Positions 29,171 to 39,064 of a DNA stretch of 64,000 nt are shown one piece after another. A program made the position numbers and the translations under genes. Source of the stretch: an uncultured Cytophagia bacterium (GTDB lineage: Bacteria > Zhuqueibacterota > Zhuqueibacteria > Oceanimicrobiales > CAZGRP01); contig CAZGRP010000023.1 in assembly GCA_964527995.1 (NCBI GenBank), positions 624 to 64,623 on the forward strand, read 5' to 3'. A model generated the notes under the pieces. It was not told the DNA's origin and did not search any database. It worked only from the letters and a program-made list of their open reading frames with translations. Numbering within the stretch: position 1 is the stretch's first letter; each line of letters starts with the position of its first letter.

Positions 29171-31222
29171 ATGTGGCAATATGGCCACTTTCTTCTTATC
29201 CTGGCTTTTGCATCCGCCGCCTACGCCATCATCGTTTCGGTGATTGGGGCGCGCAGGGAGCGTCAGGACCTTATCATCTCCGGGCAGAACGCGGCCCTGG
29301 CAGTGACGATCCTGTTAAGCTTGACAGTGCTTGCTCTGTTGCAGGCACTGATGACGAGCAACTTCAACATCGAGTACGTTTATGGCTACACCAATAAGAC
29401 GCTACCGACGCTGTTGAAATTTACCGCCCTTTGGGGAGGCCAGAAAGGCTCATTGCTCTTCTGGGGATGGTTGCTCTCGGTTTTTATCGCGGTTGTCGTC
29501 TTGACCAACCGATCGAAGAATCGCGAGCTGATGCCCTATGTTGTTGCCGTTGGGATGGGCGTAAACCTGTTCTTCATTGTGCTCAACCTGTTTGTCTCGC
29601 AGGTATTCGAGCGCTTCTGGCAGATGCCAGGGGGAGCGGTGATTACGTCGGTTTTTCAGCCCGCCGGCGCCGTGCCTTTCATGCCTGCGGACGGACGTGG
29701 CCTCAATCCACTGCTGCAGCACTGGGCGATGGCTATCCATCCGCCCAACCTCTATCTTGGCTATGTTGGGTTAACCATCCCCTACGCTTTCGCTATGGCG
29801 GCCCTCATCACCAAACGGCTGGGGAACGAATGGGTGAAAACCATCCGCGTGTGGGCGCTCATCCCATGGTTTTTCCTCGGCATCGGCATGTTGCTGGGTG
29901 GCAAATGGGCCTACATGGAGCTTGGCTGGGGTGGTTACTGGGCCTGGGATCCGGTTGAGAACTCGGCTCTGATGCCATGGTTGGCGGCGACAGCCTTCAT
30001 CCACTCGATCATGATCCAGGAAAAGAAGAACATGCTTCGAACCTGGAACGTGTCTCTGATCATTCTGGCATTTCTGCTCTCCGTTTTCGGCACGTTTATC
30101 ACTCGCAGCGGCGTTATCTCGTCGGTGCACGCCTTCACGCAGTCCAACATCGGCCCGTTTTTCACCGGATTTCTGGTTCTGCTGGCCGTTTTCTCTTTCG
30201 GCTTGCTGGCTTCCCGCAGGCCGCTTCTCCGAAGCGAAAACCATTTCGACTCTGTGGTTTCCAGGGAGTCGGCGTTCTTGATCAACAATCTTGCTCTGCT
30301 TGGGGCTTGCTTCGCGGTGTTTTGGGGGACGATCTTCCCCATCGTTTCCGAAGCCGTGCGCGGGACCAAGGTGACGGTCGGGCCATCGTTTTTCAATTCG
30401 GTCAACATTCCACTGGGTCTGTTCTTGCTTTTCCTGACCGGCGTCGGTCCACTTGTGGCCTGGCGGAAGACATCGGGGAAACTGCTACGGAAAATTTTTC
30501 TCAAGCCTACGGTTGTGGCGCTTGTGGGGTTGGCTGTCCTTTTGGCCGCCGGCATGCGTGACTTCTATGCCTTGGTTTCATTCACCCTGGCAATCTTCGT
30601 CACCGGCACGATTGTCGCCGAGTTTCATCGCGGTGCCCGTGCCAGAGGCCGCACCAAGGGGGAGCCGTATGCCATTGCCTTGTGGCATTTGCTGCTGCGA
30701 AACAAGCGCCGCTACGGAGGCTACGTGGTCCATCTCGGAATAGTGGTTCTTTTCGTCGGCTTCACGGGATCTGCATTCAACCAGCAAACGGATGGGACAC
30801 TGAAGATCGGCGACTCACTGAAGATCAACGACTACCGGCTCAAGTATGTCGATTTCACCGGCGTTGAGGATGCCAACAAGGAGATTTGGAAGGCCAGGCT
30901 GGAAGTGTTCAAGGGGCCTAAGCTTCTCGGGACAATTGAGCCGGCACGCTTCTTCTACAAGGTTCAGCAGCAGCCGACAACGGAAGTTGCGCTCTACAGC
31001 ACTCTTCGCGAGGATCTCTACGTTGTCTTGGCCCAGGCAAATCCGGACAGGAGTGCTATCTTCAAGGCCTACGTAAACCCGCTGGTGCAGTTTGTCTGGC
31101 TCGGCGGGCTGGTTGTGGTCCTGGGTACATTCATTATCCTGCTTCCGGATAGTGAGGACCGTACGGCCAGACGGGTGGCTCAGCCAAAGCGACGAGGCCA
31201 GCCTGTGGCCATGCAATCCTAG
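29171..31222 (+). CDS. ccmF: Cytochrome c heme lyase
   Basis: LWGGQKGSLLFW, GLNPLLQH...IHPP, WAYMELGWGGYWAWDPVEN (WWD domain) and SVHAF. Confidence 0.95.
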   Translation: MWQYGHFLLILAFASAAYAIIVSVIGARRERQDLIISGQNAALAVTILLSLTVLALLQALMTSNFNIEYVYGYTNKTLPTLLKFTALWGGQKGSLLFWGWLLSVFIAVVVLTNRSKNRELMPYVVAVGMGVNLFFIVLNLFVSQVFERFWQMPGGAVITSVFQPAGAVPFMPADGRGLNPLLQHWAMAIHPPNLYLGYVGLTIPYAFAMAALITKRLGNEWVKTIRVWALIPWFFLGIGMLLGGKWAYMELGWGGYWAWDPVENSALMPWLAATAFIHSIMIQEKKNMLRTWNVSLIILAFLLSVFGTFITRSGVISSVHAFTQSNIGPFFTGFLVLLAVFSFGLLASRRPLLRSENHFDSVVSRESAFLINNLALLGACFAVFWGTIFPIVSEAVRGTKVTVGPSFFNSVNIPLGLFLLFLTGVGPLVAWRKTSGKLLRKIFLKPTVVALVGLAVLLAAGMRDFYALVSFTLAIFVTGTIVAEFHRGARARGRTKGEPYAIALWHLLLRNKRRYGGYVVHLGIVVLFVGFTGSAFNQQTDGTLKIGDSLKINDYRLKYVDFTGVEDANKEIWKARLEVFKGPKLLGTIEPARFFYKVQQQPTTEVALYSTLREDLYVVLAQANPDRSAIFKAYVNPLVQFVWLGGLVVVLGTFIILLPDSEDRTARRVAQPKRRGQPVAMQS

Positions 31223-31242
31223 CCGCGTTTGGTTCTAGCTGG

Positions 31243-31271
31243 CGCCCCGCTCTCTCGCGGGGCGTTTCTTT
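31243..31271 (+). terminator. Intrinsic terminator after ccmF
   Basis: CGCCCCGC-TCTCTC-GCGGGGCG followed by TTTCTTT. Confidence 0.8.
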
Positions 31272-31279
31272 AACAGGAG

Positions 31280-32368
31280 ATGAACACCGCTAACAGGAGG
31301 TTCTTGACAACGATCAACCCGAACACAAACCAACAAGACCCTATGGTGACAAAAGAACTGATCCGACGAATGCCGAAAACTGACCTGCACGTGCACCTCG
31401 ACGGTTCGCTACGTGTGGAAACGGTTTTGGAGCTTGCCCCGCAGTCCGGGCTCCGTCTGCCGACGGATGACCTCGAAAAACTGCGGGGTTTTTTGCAGGT
31501 ACAGGGAACCGTGGAGGACCTGGCGCGCTACATTGAGAAGTTTGAAATGACGCTCCAGGTGATGCAAACTGCGGATGCGCTTCACCGCATTGCCTACGAG
31601 CTGGCCGAAGATGCCGCGGCAGAAAATGTTCGCTACATGGAAGTCCGCTACGCCCCGATTCTGCACCAACGGAAAGGACTTGAACTGCCGCAGATCGTGG
31701 ATGCAGTGCTTTCCGGCCTGAGAGAGGCAGAGCAGGATTTCGGGATCCGTACGGGTGTGATCATCTGCGGCATCCGGTCCATCAACCCGGAGACCTCCAT
31801 GAAGCTGGCCGAACTCGCTGTGGCCTACAAAGGCAAGGGCGTCGTTGCTTTCGATCTGGCCGGCGTCGAATACAACTATCCCGCCAAGGATCATATCCAT
31901 GCCTTCTACCACGTCCGCAACAACAACATCAACTGCACCCTGCATGCCGGCGAGGCATATGGTCCCGAGAGCATTCATCAGGCCATCCACTATTGCGGTG
32001 CTCACCGCATCGGCCATGGAACGCGCCTCATCGAGGACGAAGACCTGATGGCCTATGTCAACGACCATCGCATCCCGCTGGAGATCTGCCTGACCAGCAA
32101 CGTCCAGACCCGCAGTGTACGCAGTCTCGAGTCGCACCCCTTCCGGCGCTACTTCGATGCCGGGATTCGCGTCACGATCAACACCGACAATCGCCTGATC
32201 TCCGGAACGACCGTCACCAATGAGCTGTACCTCGCGGCCACGACGTTCAATCTCTCTCTGGACGATGTCAAAAAGGTGATCACTAATGGATTCAAGAGTG
32301 CGTTCCTGCCCTATGAAGAGCGGGCCGAGCTCTTGCGCCAGGTGACCGCAGAGCTGGCCAAGTTCTGA
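31280..32368 (+). CDS. add: Adenosine deaminase (start could be 31280, TTG 31304 or ATG 31343)
   Basis: DLHVHLDGS, HAGEAYG, RIGHG, EICLTSN and INTDN. Confidence 0.94.
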   Translation: MNTANRRFLTTINPNTNQQDPMVTKELIRRMPKTDLHVHLDGSLRVETVLELAPQSGLRLPTDDLEKLRGFLQVQGTVEDLARYIEKFEMTLQVMQTADALHRIAYELAEDAAAENVRYMEVRYAPILHQRKGLELPQIVDAVLSGLREAEQDFGIRTGVIICGIRSINPETSMKLAELAVAYKGKGVVAFDLAGVEYNYPAKDHIHAFYHVRNNNINCTLHAGEAYGPESIHQAIHYCGAHRIGHGTRLIEDEDLMAYVNDHRIPLEICLTSNVQTRSVRSLESHPFRRYFDAGIRVTINTDNRLISGTTVTNELYLAATTFNLSLDDVKKVITNGFKSAFLPYEERAELLRQVTAELAKF

Positions 32369-32404
32369 AGATCGGAACACGGATTCTTTCCTGTTGATCC
32401 CCGC

Positions 32405-33397
32405 ATGGTAGTTGACCTTTTGCTCTTTGCTGTCGGTATCACGCTACTCTACGCCGGCGCCGAACTGCTGGTGAGAGGTGCAGTGCATCTCGCCGCCACA
32501 CTTGGTATCCCACCGCTGGTGATCGGCCTGACCGTGGTGGCGTTTGGCACCTCAGCTCCCGAATTCGTCGTGACGCTCGTCGCCACTCTGCAGGGCCGGC
32601 CCGGAATCGCCATCGGCAACGTCATCGGCAGCAACATTGCCAACATCGGACTGGTGCTCGGCCTCTCGGCGATCATTTATCCACTGACGGTGCGCGTCCA
32701 GAGCGTCCGGCGGGAGGTGCCGTTTCTTCTGGCCATCACACTGCTGGTTGTCGGCTTTTCGCTGGACCTGAAGATTGAGCGCTGGGAGGGGGTGTCGCTC
32801 CTGGGGTTTTTTGCGGTGTTTCTGGTGTACAGCATCCGCATTTCGAGGAGAGAGGGCTCTCCGCCGTTGGATCTTCAACTTCCCGTTGGGGTGGCGGAAG
32901 TGGTGCCCATTGCAGGCAGGCGGTGGGCGGTTATCGTCAAGGACCTTGCCATCGCTACGGCCGGCATTGCCGCACTGGTGATCGGCTCGAGGTTGCTGGT
33001 CGGCTCGGCCACGGTTGTCATGCGCGCCCTTGGTGTCAGCGAGGTGTTCATCGGTTTGACTCTGGTGGCCGTTGGCACGTCGCTTCCAGAGGTCGCAACC
33101 TCGGTTGTCAGCGCCCTGCGACGCCAGGCCGATATTTGCGTCGGCAATGTCATTGGATCCAATCTTTTCAACCTCTTATTCGTGCTGGGTAGCGTTACTA
33201 CGATCCGCCCAATGTCGCTGACGCCCGGATTGCTCCGGTTCGAGTTCCCGGTAATGGTGCTGTTCACGGTGGTGGTTGTGCCCATCATGTGGACACGCTT
33301 CCGCGTGCAGAGATGGGAGGGGATCTTGCTGCTGGCGTCCTACCTGGGGTTCATCTTGTTATTGAGCAATCGCGGCACTGCTCCCGCCGTCATCTAA
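32405..33397 (+). CDS. Calcium/sodium antiporter (CaCA, YrbG-like)
   Basis: Two alpha repeats: GTSAPE...GNVIGSNIAN and GTSLPE...GNVIGSNLFN. Confidence 0.93.
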   Translation: MVVDLLLFAVGITLLYAGAELLVRGAVHLAATLGIPPLVIGLTVVAFGTSAPEFVVTLVATLQGRPGIAIGNVIGSNIANIGLVLGLSAIIYPLTVRVQSVRREVPFLLAITLLVVGFSLDLKIERWEGVSLLGFFAVFLVYSIRISRREGSPPLDLQLPVGVAEVVPIAGRRWAVIVKDLAIATAGIAALVIGSRLLVGSATVVMRALGVSEVFIGLTLVAVGTSLPEVATSVVSALRRQADICVGNVIGSNLFNLLFVLGSVTTIRPMSLTPGLLRFEFPVMVLFTVVVVPIMWTRFRVQRWEGILLLASYLGFILLLSNRGTAPAVI

Positions 33398-33436
33398 CCT
33401 TGGCGCCTGTCGACGTCTTGCTCATCTGCTGCGGTC

Positions 33437-34369
33437 CTAGCGCAGTCGGAACTTGACAACGCGGTTGTTACCGAAGTCCACGACGTAGACCAGGCCGTCC
33501 GGAGCGACGGCCACATCTGTTGGCTTGCGCAAACGACCCTCGCCCTCGGCATCCCCGAACTTGAACAGAAAACGTCCGGCCGGATCGAACACCTGGATTC
33601 GGCCGTTGTAGAAGTCGCTGACGTAGATGCGGTCCTCCGAGTCGATATCCAACGCGTTGGCCACATCGAAGCGGCCAGGCTCCTTCCCCTTTCCACCCCA
33701 GGAAGCCAGGAACTTCCCCTTGGAATCGAACTTCTGGATGCGGTGGTTGTAGGCGTCAGCGACATAGAGGTTGCCTTGGGAATCGACCACGACGTCCGTC
33801 GGGTAGTAGAGCTCGCCGGGCTTGTGACCCTCGGTGCCGAACTGCGACTGGAAACGCCCTTTCGAGTCGAAGCGTTCGATCCGGTCGTTGTAGAAGTCGG
33901 CGACCAGGACATTCCCTTGACGGTCGAAGGACACACAGGCCGGGGCGTCGAACTCTCCGGGACCGGTGCCGGTGCGCCCCCACATGAACTGAGATCTGCC
34001 TGCGGCATCGAACACCTGGATGCGGTCGTTGCCATACTCCGGCACGTAGACGAGCCCTTCCTGGTTGACGGCCAGCAGCATGGGTCGTTGCAACTCGCCG
34101 GGGCCGGAGCCCGACGTTCCCCACTGGCGGAGAAAGCGGCCGTCCGGCGAAAATTTCTGGATGCGGTTGTTACCGGCATCGCTGACGTACAGGTTCCCCT
34201 GGACGTCCAAAGCGACACCGATCGGCTCCTTGAATTGGCCTGGTTCGCTGCCGGGCCCACCGAGGACTCCGACAAAAGACGCGCTTGTGGCAGACTGTTG
34301 CGAGCAGCCCGAGGAAAGGCTCGCTGCGAGCACTGCCAGCAGTGGATATCGCCACACGGTTTTGTTCAT
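33437..34369 (-). CDS. NHL-repeat beta-propeller lipoprotein
   Basis: Lipobox SSGC; six repeats of P.GV..D..GN.YV.D..N.RIQ.F. Confidence 0.88.
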   Translation of the reverse strand: MNKTVWRYPLLAVLAASLSSGCSQQSATSASFVGVLGGPGSEPGQFKEPIGVALDVQGNLYVSDAGNNRIQKFSPDGRFLRQWGTSGSGPGELQRPMLLAVNQEGLVYVPEYGNDRIQVFDAAGRSQFMWGRTGTGPGEFDAPACVSFDRQGNVLVADFYNDRIERFDSKGRFQSQFGTEGHKPGELYYPTDVVVDSQGNLYVADAYNHRIQKFDSKGKFLASWGGKGKEPGRFDVANALDIDSEDRIYVSDFYNGRIQVFDPAGRFLFKFGDAEGEGRLRKPTDVAVAPDGLVYVVDFGNNRVVKFRLR

Positions 34370-34887
34370 TGGGCAGGTCCGAATTTCTCGATGACAAGCG
34401 TAAATGGATGGCCCTTGTGGCCTTTGGGGGTCTCGTGCTCCAGTCGGCCGCTGACGCGCGCCGGGCGGCTCGCCATCTGTTTCTGCAGGTCTCGAAAAGC
34501 GTCGTTCTGTTTCACCAGAAACACCACGTCGGTGCCGGCGACCTTGAAGACGAGGGTGTCGTTGACGGTGCCGACGCTTCCGATGGCGGTCGCCTTCATC
34601 TCACGTGGTGTAAAGCCGGCGTCGGCCACGGCCGGCTCCACCTCGTCAACGTCAATGGAAGCGGCTTTCTTGCTCTCAAGAAGCGCGATGCCTTTGTCCA
34701 CATTGATTTTGACGCTCGCAACGCCTTCCACCTTCTTCAACTTCTTCTCCAGGCCGTAGGCACAAAAGGGGCACGCAAGCCCATCCACTCGGATCTCGAC
34801 CTTCTCAACCTGAGCAAGTGTAGTGCTCGCAAAGCTGAGAAGGAGCAGGAGGGCTACTGCCGATAGGAATGTGAGTCGTTGCATCAT
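34366..34887 (-). CDS. Exported heavy-metal-associated (HMA/MerP-like) domain protein
   Basis: Signal peptide, VDGLACPFCAYGLEKK and AVADAGF; extra C-terminal domain ending GHKGHP. Confidence 0.85.
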   Translation of the reverse strand: MMQRLTFLSAVALLLLLSFASTTLAQVEKVEIRVDGLACPFCAYGLEKKLKKVEGVASVKINVDKGIALLESKKAASIDVDEVEPAVADAGFTPREMKATAIGSVGTVNDTLVFKVAGTDVVFLVKQNDAFRDLQKQMASRPARVSGRLEHETPKGHKGHPFTLVIEKFGPAQ

Positions 34888-35027
34888 TTTCTCCAGGTTG
34901 TTCATCTGCGTCTGGGGGTACGTCACTGAGTGCAGTGACTGGTTAAGCCTTGAGCCCTGGCAGTCACAACGCGATCGAGCCGGTGAGAGGCGAAGCCAGG
35001 TCGGGCAAGGAGTGCCGGCGGATGCTG

Positions 35028-35930
35028 CTAAAACAAAAGAATTCTGGTCCCGAGCGACAATGTCCAGTCCGTGGCCAACTGGGCGCCGTGCAGCTCATTC
35101 ACCACAGGCACCTGCCAGGAGGCCTCGATCAGCCAGCGCCGGCCGCCGACGTACTGCACGCCAGGGGACAGAAAGATCGTCGTGCCGCCGGAATCGTCCA
35201 CAGTGCGGCCGGCGAATTGGTTCCGCAGAGCCGTCGTCCCGTTGAGCTCGAGGAAGAGATTCAGTTGCGGCGAGGGGTAAGTTTCGTACACCGCTGGCAA
35301 GAGTCGATACCCGAAGGCCACGTTGTAACCGAAGCTGTTGCCAAAGTCCACCTGCCCTGACGTCGTGTTGAGATTGTAGATTCCTTCGGCATACACACCC
35401 ACGCGCCCCTGAATCCAGGCGGCCACCGTCGTGAAAAAGAGATCCGTGGAGCCGGAGCCGAGAGCAGGCGTGCTGTTCTCATCCCCGGTTGGCAGCTTGA
35501 CCCCCGCTTTGGAGGCCACGCGGATCGTCTGGTTGCGGCGATCGTACTGATAGAGCAGATACTTGGCGAAGAGACGCATGTCGCCGATGCCGGAGCTTGT
35601 CAGCGTGCCGCCGATCGACTTCACTTCTACCCGCATAAGGGGCACAATGACACCGAGTTGGAAGCGATCATTGAAGAGATTGTAGGGCAGGGCCAAGGGG
35701 GTCACCCAGGCCGTTACCCTGTGGTCGTTCGGGTCGGCGATCTTCGAGCCGTTGCGGCGCAGTGTGGCTTTGCGGATCACTCTGCTGAAGGTACGGAAGC
35801 CGCGCCCTTGCAGGCCCAGCATGATGGGCGTATCCGTGTTGATGGGAGGACCCTGAGCCCAAAGAAGCTGATGAGAAGAAAAGACAACTGCCACCAAAAC
35901 TACTGCACGCGTCAACCTGCGAACGATCAT
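35028..35930 (-). CDS. Outer-membrane barrel transporter (MetA-pathway/phenol-degradation-like)
   Basis: Signal peptide, SGIGD...AKY, KLPTGD...LGSGSTD and SPGVQY; C-terminal Phe. Confidence 0.75.
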   Translation of the reverse strand: MIVRRLTRAVVLVAVVFSSHQLLWAQGPPINTDTPIMLGLQGRGFRTFSRVIRKATLRRNGSKIADPNDHRVTAWVTPLALPYNLFNDRFQLGVIVPLMRVEVKSIGGTLTSSGIGDMRLFAKYLLYQYDRRNQTIRVASKAGVKLPTGDENSTPALGSGSTDLFFTTVAAWIQGRVGVYAEGIYNLNTTSGQVDFGNSFGYNVAFGYRLLPAVYETYPSPQLNLFLELNGTTALRNQFAGRTVDDSGGTTIFLSPGVQYVGGRRWLIEASWQVPVVNELHGAQLATDWTLSLGTRILLF

Positions 35931-35946
35931 CCTTGGTTTTCTCCTT

Positions 35947-38406
35947 TTATGAGCCGACCAGAAAGCCAGCCTTCACGATTCCATCGCGGATGGCTTCGAC
36001 GTTTGTGCCGTTTTCACGGTAATGGACCGTCACTTTCTTTTCAGTGAGGTCACCAGATACGGATTGAACTCCAGGCTGCTTCTCGAGTCGCTCCTTGATT
36101 CGTTTCAGACACCCTTCGCAATGAATGCCAGGCACCTGGAGGGTGATCGACTTCACTTCGGCGACCTGTGTCCTGGTTTTGGGCAGCAGACGGCCTGCAA
36201 AGGAGTTGATGAGTACGGCGCTGACGCTGGCCGCCATAGCGATCATGGCCCAGATGGGATGCAGCAAACCTGTAGCAGCCAGCGGGATCCCAACGCCATT
36301 GAAAGAAAACGCCAGGGTCAGATTCTGGACGGTTTTGCGATAGCTGCTTCTGGAAATGTAGTAGGCATCGACGACGCCCGTGAGCCGGTCACCGACGAGA
36401 ATGATATCGGAGGATTCGATGGCGATGTCGGTTCCGGCGCCGATGGCGATCCCCACATCCGCCTGCATCAGGGCCGGCGCATCGTTGATGCCGTCGCCGA
36501 CCATGGCGACGCGGTATCCCTGCCGCTGCAACCGCCGCACCTGTTCTGCTTTCTCGTCAGGGAGGACCTCGGCCATGACCTCGGTGATTCCAACTTCGGC
36601 TGCCACCGCTCGGGCCGTGCGGGCATTGTCCCCGGTGATCATGATGGGCTCCAAACCTGCTTCTCGGATGCGCGCCACGGCCTGGGCGGCATCGTCTTTG
36701 ATCGTGTCAGTGATGCCGATCAATCCGAGCAACTCCCCCTCGATTGCAACGCCGACGACGGTCTGCCCGCGCTCCTGCATGGAAGTGGCGCTGCTGGCGG
36801 CCTGGGAGAGATCGACGTGCTTTTGCTGGAGGTACGCGAGGCTCCCTACCAGTACAGTCTGTCCGGAAACCTTGGCGAGCACGCCAAAGCCCGGATGGGC
36901 CTGGAACTCTTCGGGGTCGGACAGCGCGAGTCCCAGACTCTCGGCGTGGCGAACGACCGCCCGTGCCAGAGGATGCTCCGAGCGACTCTCTGCCGAGGCC
37001 GCGAGTCGGAGCACCTTCTCCACATCCTGGTACCCGGCATCCGATGTCTGAGTGGCGGTTTCTTCGGGGCGGGTTGTCCGTTTCAGGCTGATGACTTCCA
37101 CCACCCTCGGTTCCCCCTTGGTGATCGTGCCGGTCTTGTCAAGCACCACCTTGCTGACATCCTTGAAAACCTGAAAGGCCTCGCCGCTGCGCATGAGGAT
37201 CCCTTTCTCGGCCGCCAGCCCGCCTCCGCGGATCATCGCCAGGGGCGTGGCCATGCCCAACGCGCAAGGATAGCCCATGACCAGCACGGCCAGAGCAGCG
37301 AAAAGGGCACGAGTGAGATTGGGCTCACCGGCGATCACATAGGCTCCCAAAGTCCAGATCGCCAGCGCCACAGCCGCAAATACTAGAACCACCGGCACGT
37401 AGACCTTCAGAACCCGATCGACGAGCTGCAAGATCCCGGGTTTCATCGCTCGAGCCTCTTCCACATAGCGGGCGACGCGCTGCAAGAAGCTTTCTTCGCC
37501 CACGCGCGTGACGCGCACAAGGAGGGTGCCGGAGCCATTGATGGAGCCGCCGATGACCTCATCCCCAATGCCCTTTTCGGAAGGCAGCGATTCGCCCGTG
37601 ACCAGACTCTCGTTGACCGCCGACAGCCCATCGACGACTTCCCCGTCCACCGGGATCTGCTCTCCCGGCCAGACGCGCACCAGGTCGCCTGGCTGCACCT
37701 GCTCCACCGGGACTTCCTCCTCCTTGCCGTCGTGAACAACGCGGGCGGTAGCCGGCTGCAGGTCGAGAAGCTTGCGCACGGCTTGTGAACTGCGGGTGCG
37801 CACCAGCAAGGAAGTATATCCCGACAGAATATGGTAGGCGGTCACGAAGACCGCGACAGCGAAGAAATCGGCTGTTGGAAAGTCACTGCGGAAAAACCCG
37901 ATGAATCCACCCAGCAGCCCGGCAAAAGCGCCGAATTCCATGAGGACGTGTTGATTGAGAATGCGGCGCCGGAGAGATTGCACGGCCATGCTGAGAATGC
38001 GCCGGCCCGCACCGAAGACCGTGGCCAGGGCGAGGAGCATCATTAACCAGGGAAACGAAGGATGCCGAAAGCCAACCCACATGGCGGCCATCGATAGGAA
38101 AGTGGCGCCAGAGAGAGCCGCCACGACCCACAAGCGACGTCGCTCTCGGCGCAACTCGGCTTCCTGCTCTTCGAACGAACGCAACTTCTTCGGGTCGCGC
38201 ACGGTGTATCCGAGCGCACGCAACGTGTTCTCCAGCTCCGATGGGCTTACCCGTGACGGATCGTATACGATCAGGGCCTCTTCGTGCGACAGGCTGATGT
38301 GAACCTCGAGAACACCGTCCATCCGGGCGTAGGCCCGACGGATGGTTTCAGTGCAAAAGGAACACGACATGCCGCCGATCCTGATCTGGAGCTTTTCTGT
38401 CGCCAT
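35947..38406 (-). CDS. Heavy-metal P1B-type ATPase (CopA-like) with YPC motif and N- and C-terminal HMA domains
   Basis: GMSCSFC, TGES, GYPCALGMATP, DKTGT, SEHPL, GDGINDAP and C-terminal GIHCEGC. Confidence 0.93.
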   Translation of the reverse strand: MATEKLQIRIGGMSCSFCTETIRRAYARMDGVLEVHISLSHEEALIVYDPSRVSPSELENTLRALGYTVRDPKKLRSFEEQEAELRRERRRLWVVAALSGATFLSMAAMWVGFRHPSFPWLMMLLALATVFGAGRRILSMAVQSLRRRILNQHVLMEFGAFAGLLGGFIGFFRSDFPTADFFAVAVFVTAYHILSGYTSLLVRTRSSQAVRKLLDLQPATARVVHDGKEEEVPVEQVQPGDLVRVWPGEQIPVDGEVVDGLSAVNESLVTGESLPSEKGIGDEVIGGSINGSGTLLVRVTRVGEESFLQRVARYVEEARAMKPGILQLVDRVLKVYVPVVLVFAAVALAIWTLGAYVIAGEPNLTRALFAALAVLVMGYPCALGMATPLAMIRGGGLAAEKGILMRSGEAFQVFKDVSKVVLDKTGTITKGEPRVVEVISLKRTTRPEETATQTSDAGYQDVEKVLRLAASAESRSEHPLARAVVRHAESLGLALSDPEEFQAHPGFGVLAKVSGQTVLVGSLAYLQQKHVDLSQAASSATSMQERGQTVVGVAIEGELLGLIGITDTIKDDAAQAVARIREAGLEPIMITGDNARTARAVAAEVGITEVMAEVLPDEKAEQVRRLQRQGYRVAMVGDGINDAPALMQADVGIAIGAGTDIAIESSDIILVGDRLTGVVDAYYISRSSYRKTVQNLTLAFSFNGVGIPLAATGLLHPIWAMIAMAASVSAVLINSFAGRLLPKTRTQVAEVKSITLQVPGIHCEGCLKRIKERLEKQPGVQSVSGDLTEKKVTVHYRENGTNVEAIRDGIVKAGFLVGS

Positions 38407-38536
38407 TCTCGATTCTTTTCGTTGCGAGTGAGTTTGCGATTATTTGAGTGTTCTGTCAAACGTCCACAACATGCTAACCCATGTGGACCCCATTCTTATT
38501 TCCGGAAGCCAGGGCGGCCCGCCTGTCGCCGAAGTG

Positions 38537-38926
38537 TCAAAGCAGCCCCAGCCTCATCATGACCGGAAAGGCTACGAATGCGACGATGAAACCAACGGCC
38601 CAGATGCCGGCAGAGGCCCAGAGCACCACCCTGCTCCAGCGATTTGCCACCTGACACGCCGAGCCTTCTCCGACGCCGCACTCCGCGTCTGTTTTGCGGC
38701 GGTAGACCAGATAGAAATTTACTGCGATCATCAGCCCGGCACCCAGAAAAACCCACACTTTATTTCGACTTAGAGTGATGAGGAGCGGGAAGGAGGATAT
38801 CGCCGACGCCACGACGGCGCCGAGCCCAAGAGTCACAAAGAGCGTTGGCAGAGCGCAACAGATAAGGGTAGAGACCGAAGTGAAGAGAGACAGCATGCTT
38901 GTGAGGTCTTGCTTCAGCTTACGCAT
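38537..38926 (-). CDS. MerT/MerF-like small membrane metal transporter
   Basis: STLICCALP (vicinal Cys in TM1), three TM helices and a cytoplasmic loop ECGVGEGSAC. Confidence 0.75.
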   Translation of the reverse strand: MRKLKQDLTSMLSLFTSVSTLICCALPTLFVTLGLGAVVASAISSFPLLITLSRNKVWVFLGAGLMIAVNFYLVYRRKTDAECGVGEGSACQVANRWSRVVLWASAGIWAVGFIVAFVAFPVMMRLGLL

Positions 38927-39064
38927 AGGCGGTCCGTCTTGAGTTTCTCCGTTTCGGCCGGTTCGTTGGGAGCTGTGGGGCCAGCTCCGTGCCCTCTGTC
39001 GCGGCGCTCGCGGTCAAGAGAAAGAACAGCGGCGGCCACGGCGGACGGGCAGCAGACGCCGGCA

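Noticed and set aside
31271-31300. Direct repeat TAACAGGAG twice before add
   Set aside because: Two 9-bp copies only; most simply alternative RBS sequences with no evidence of a regulatory repeat.
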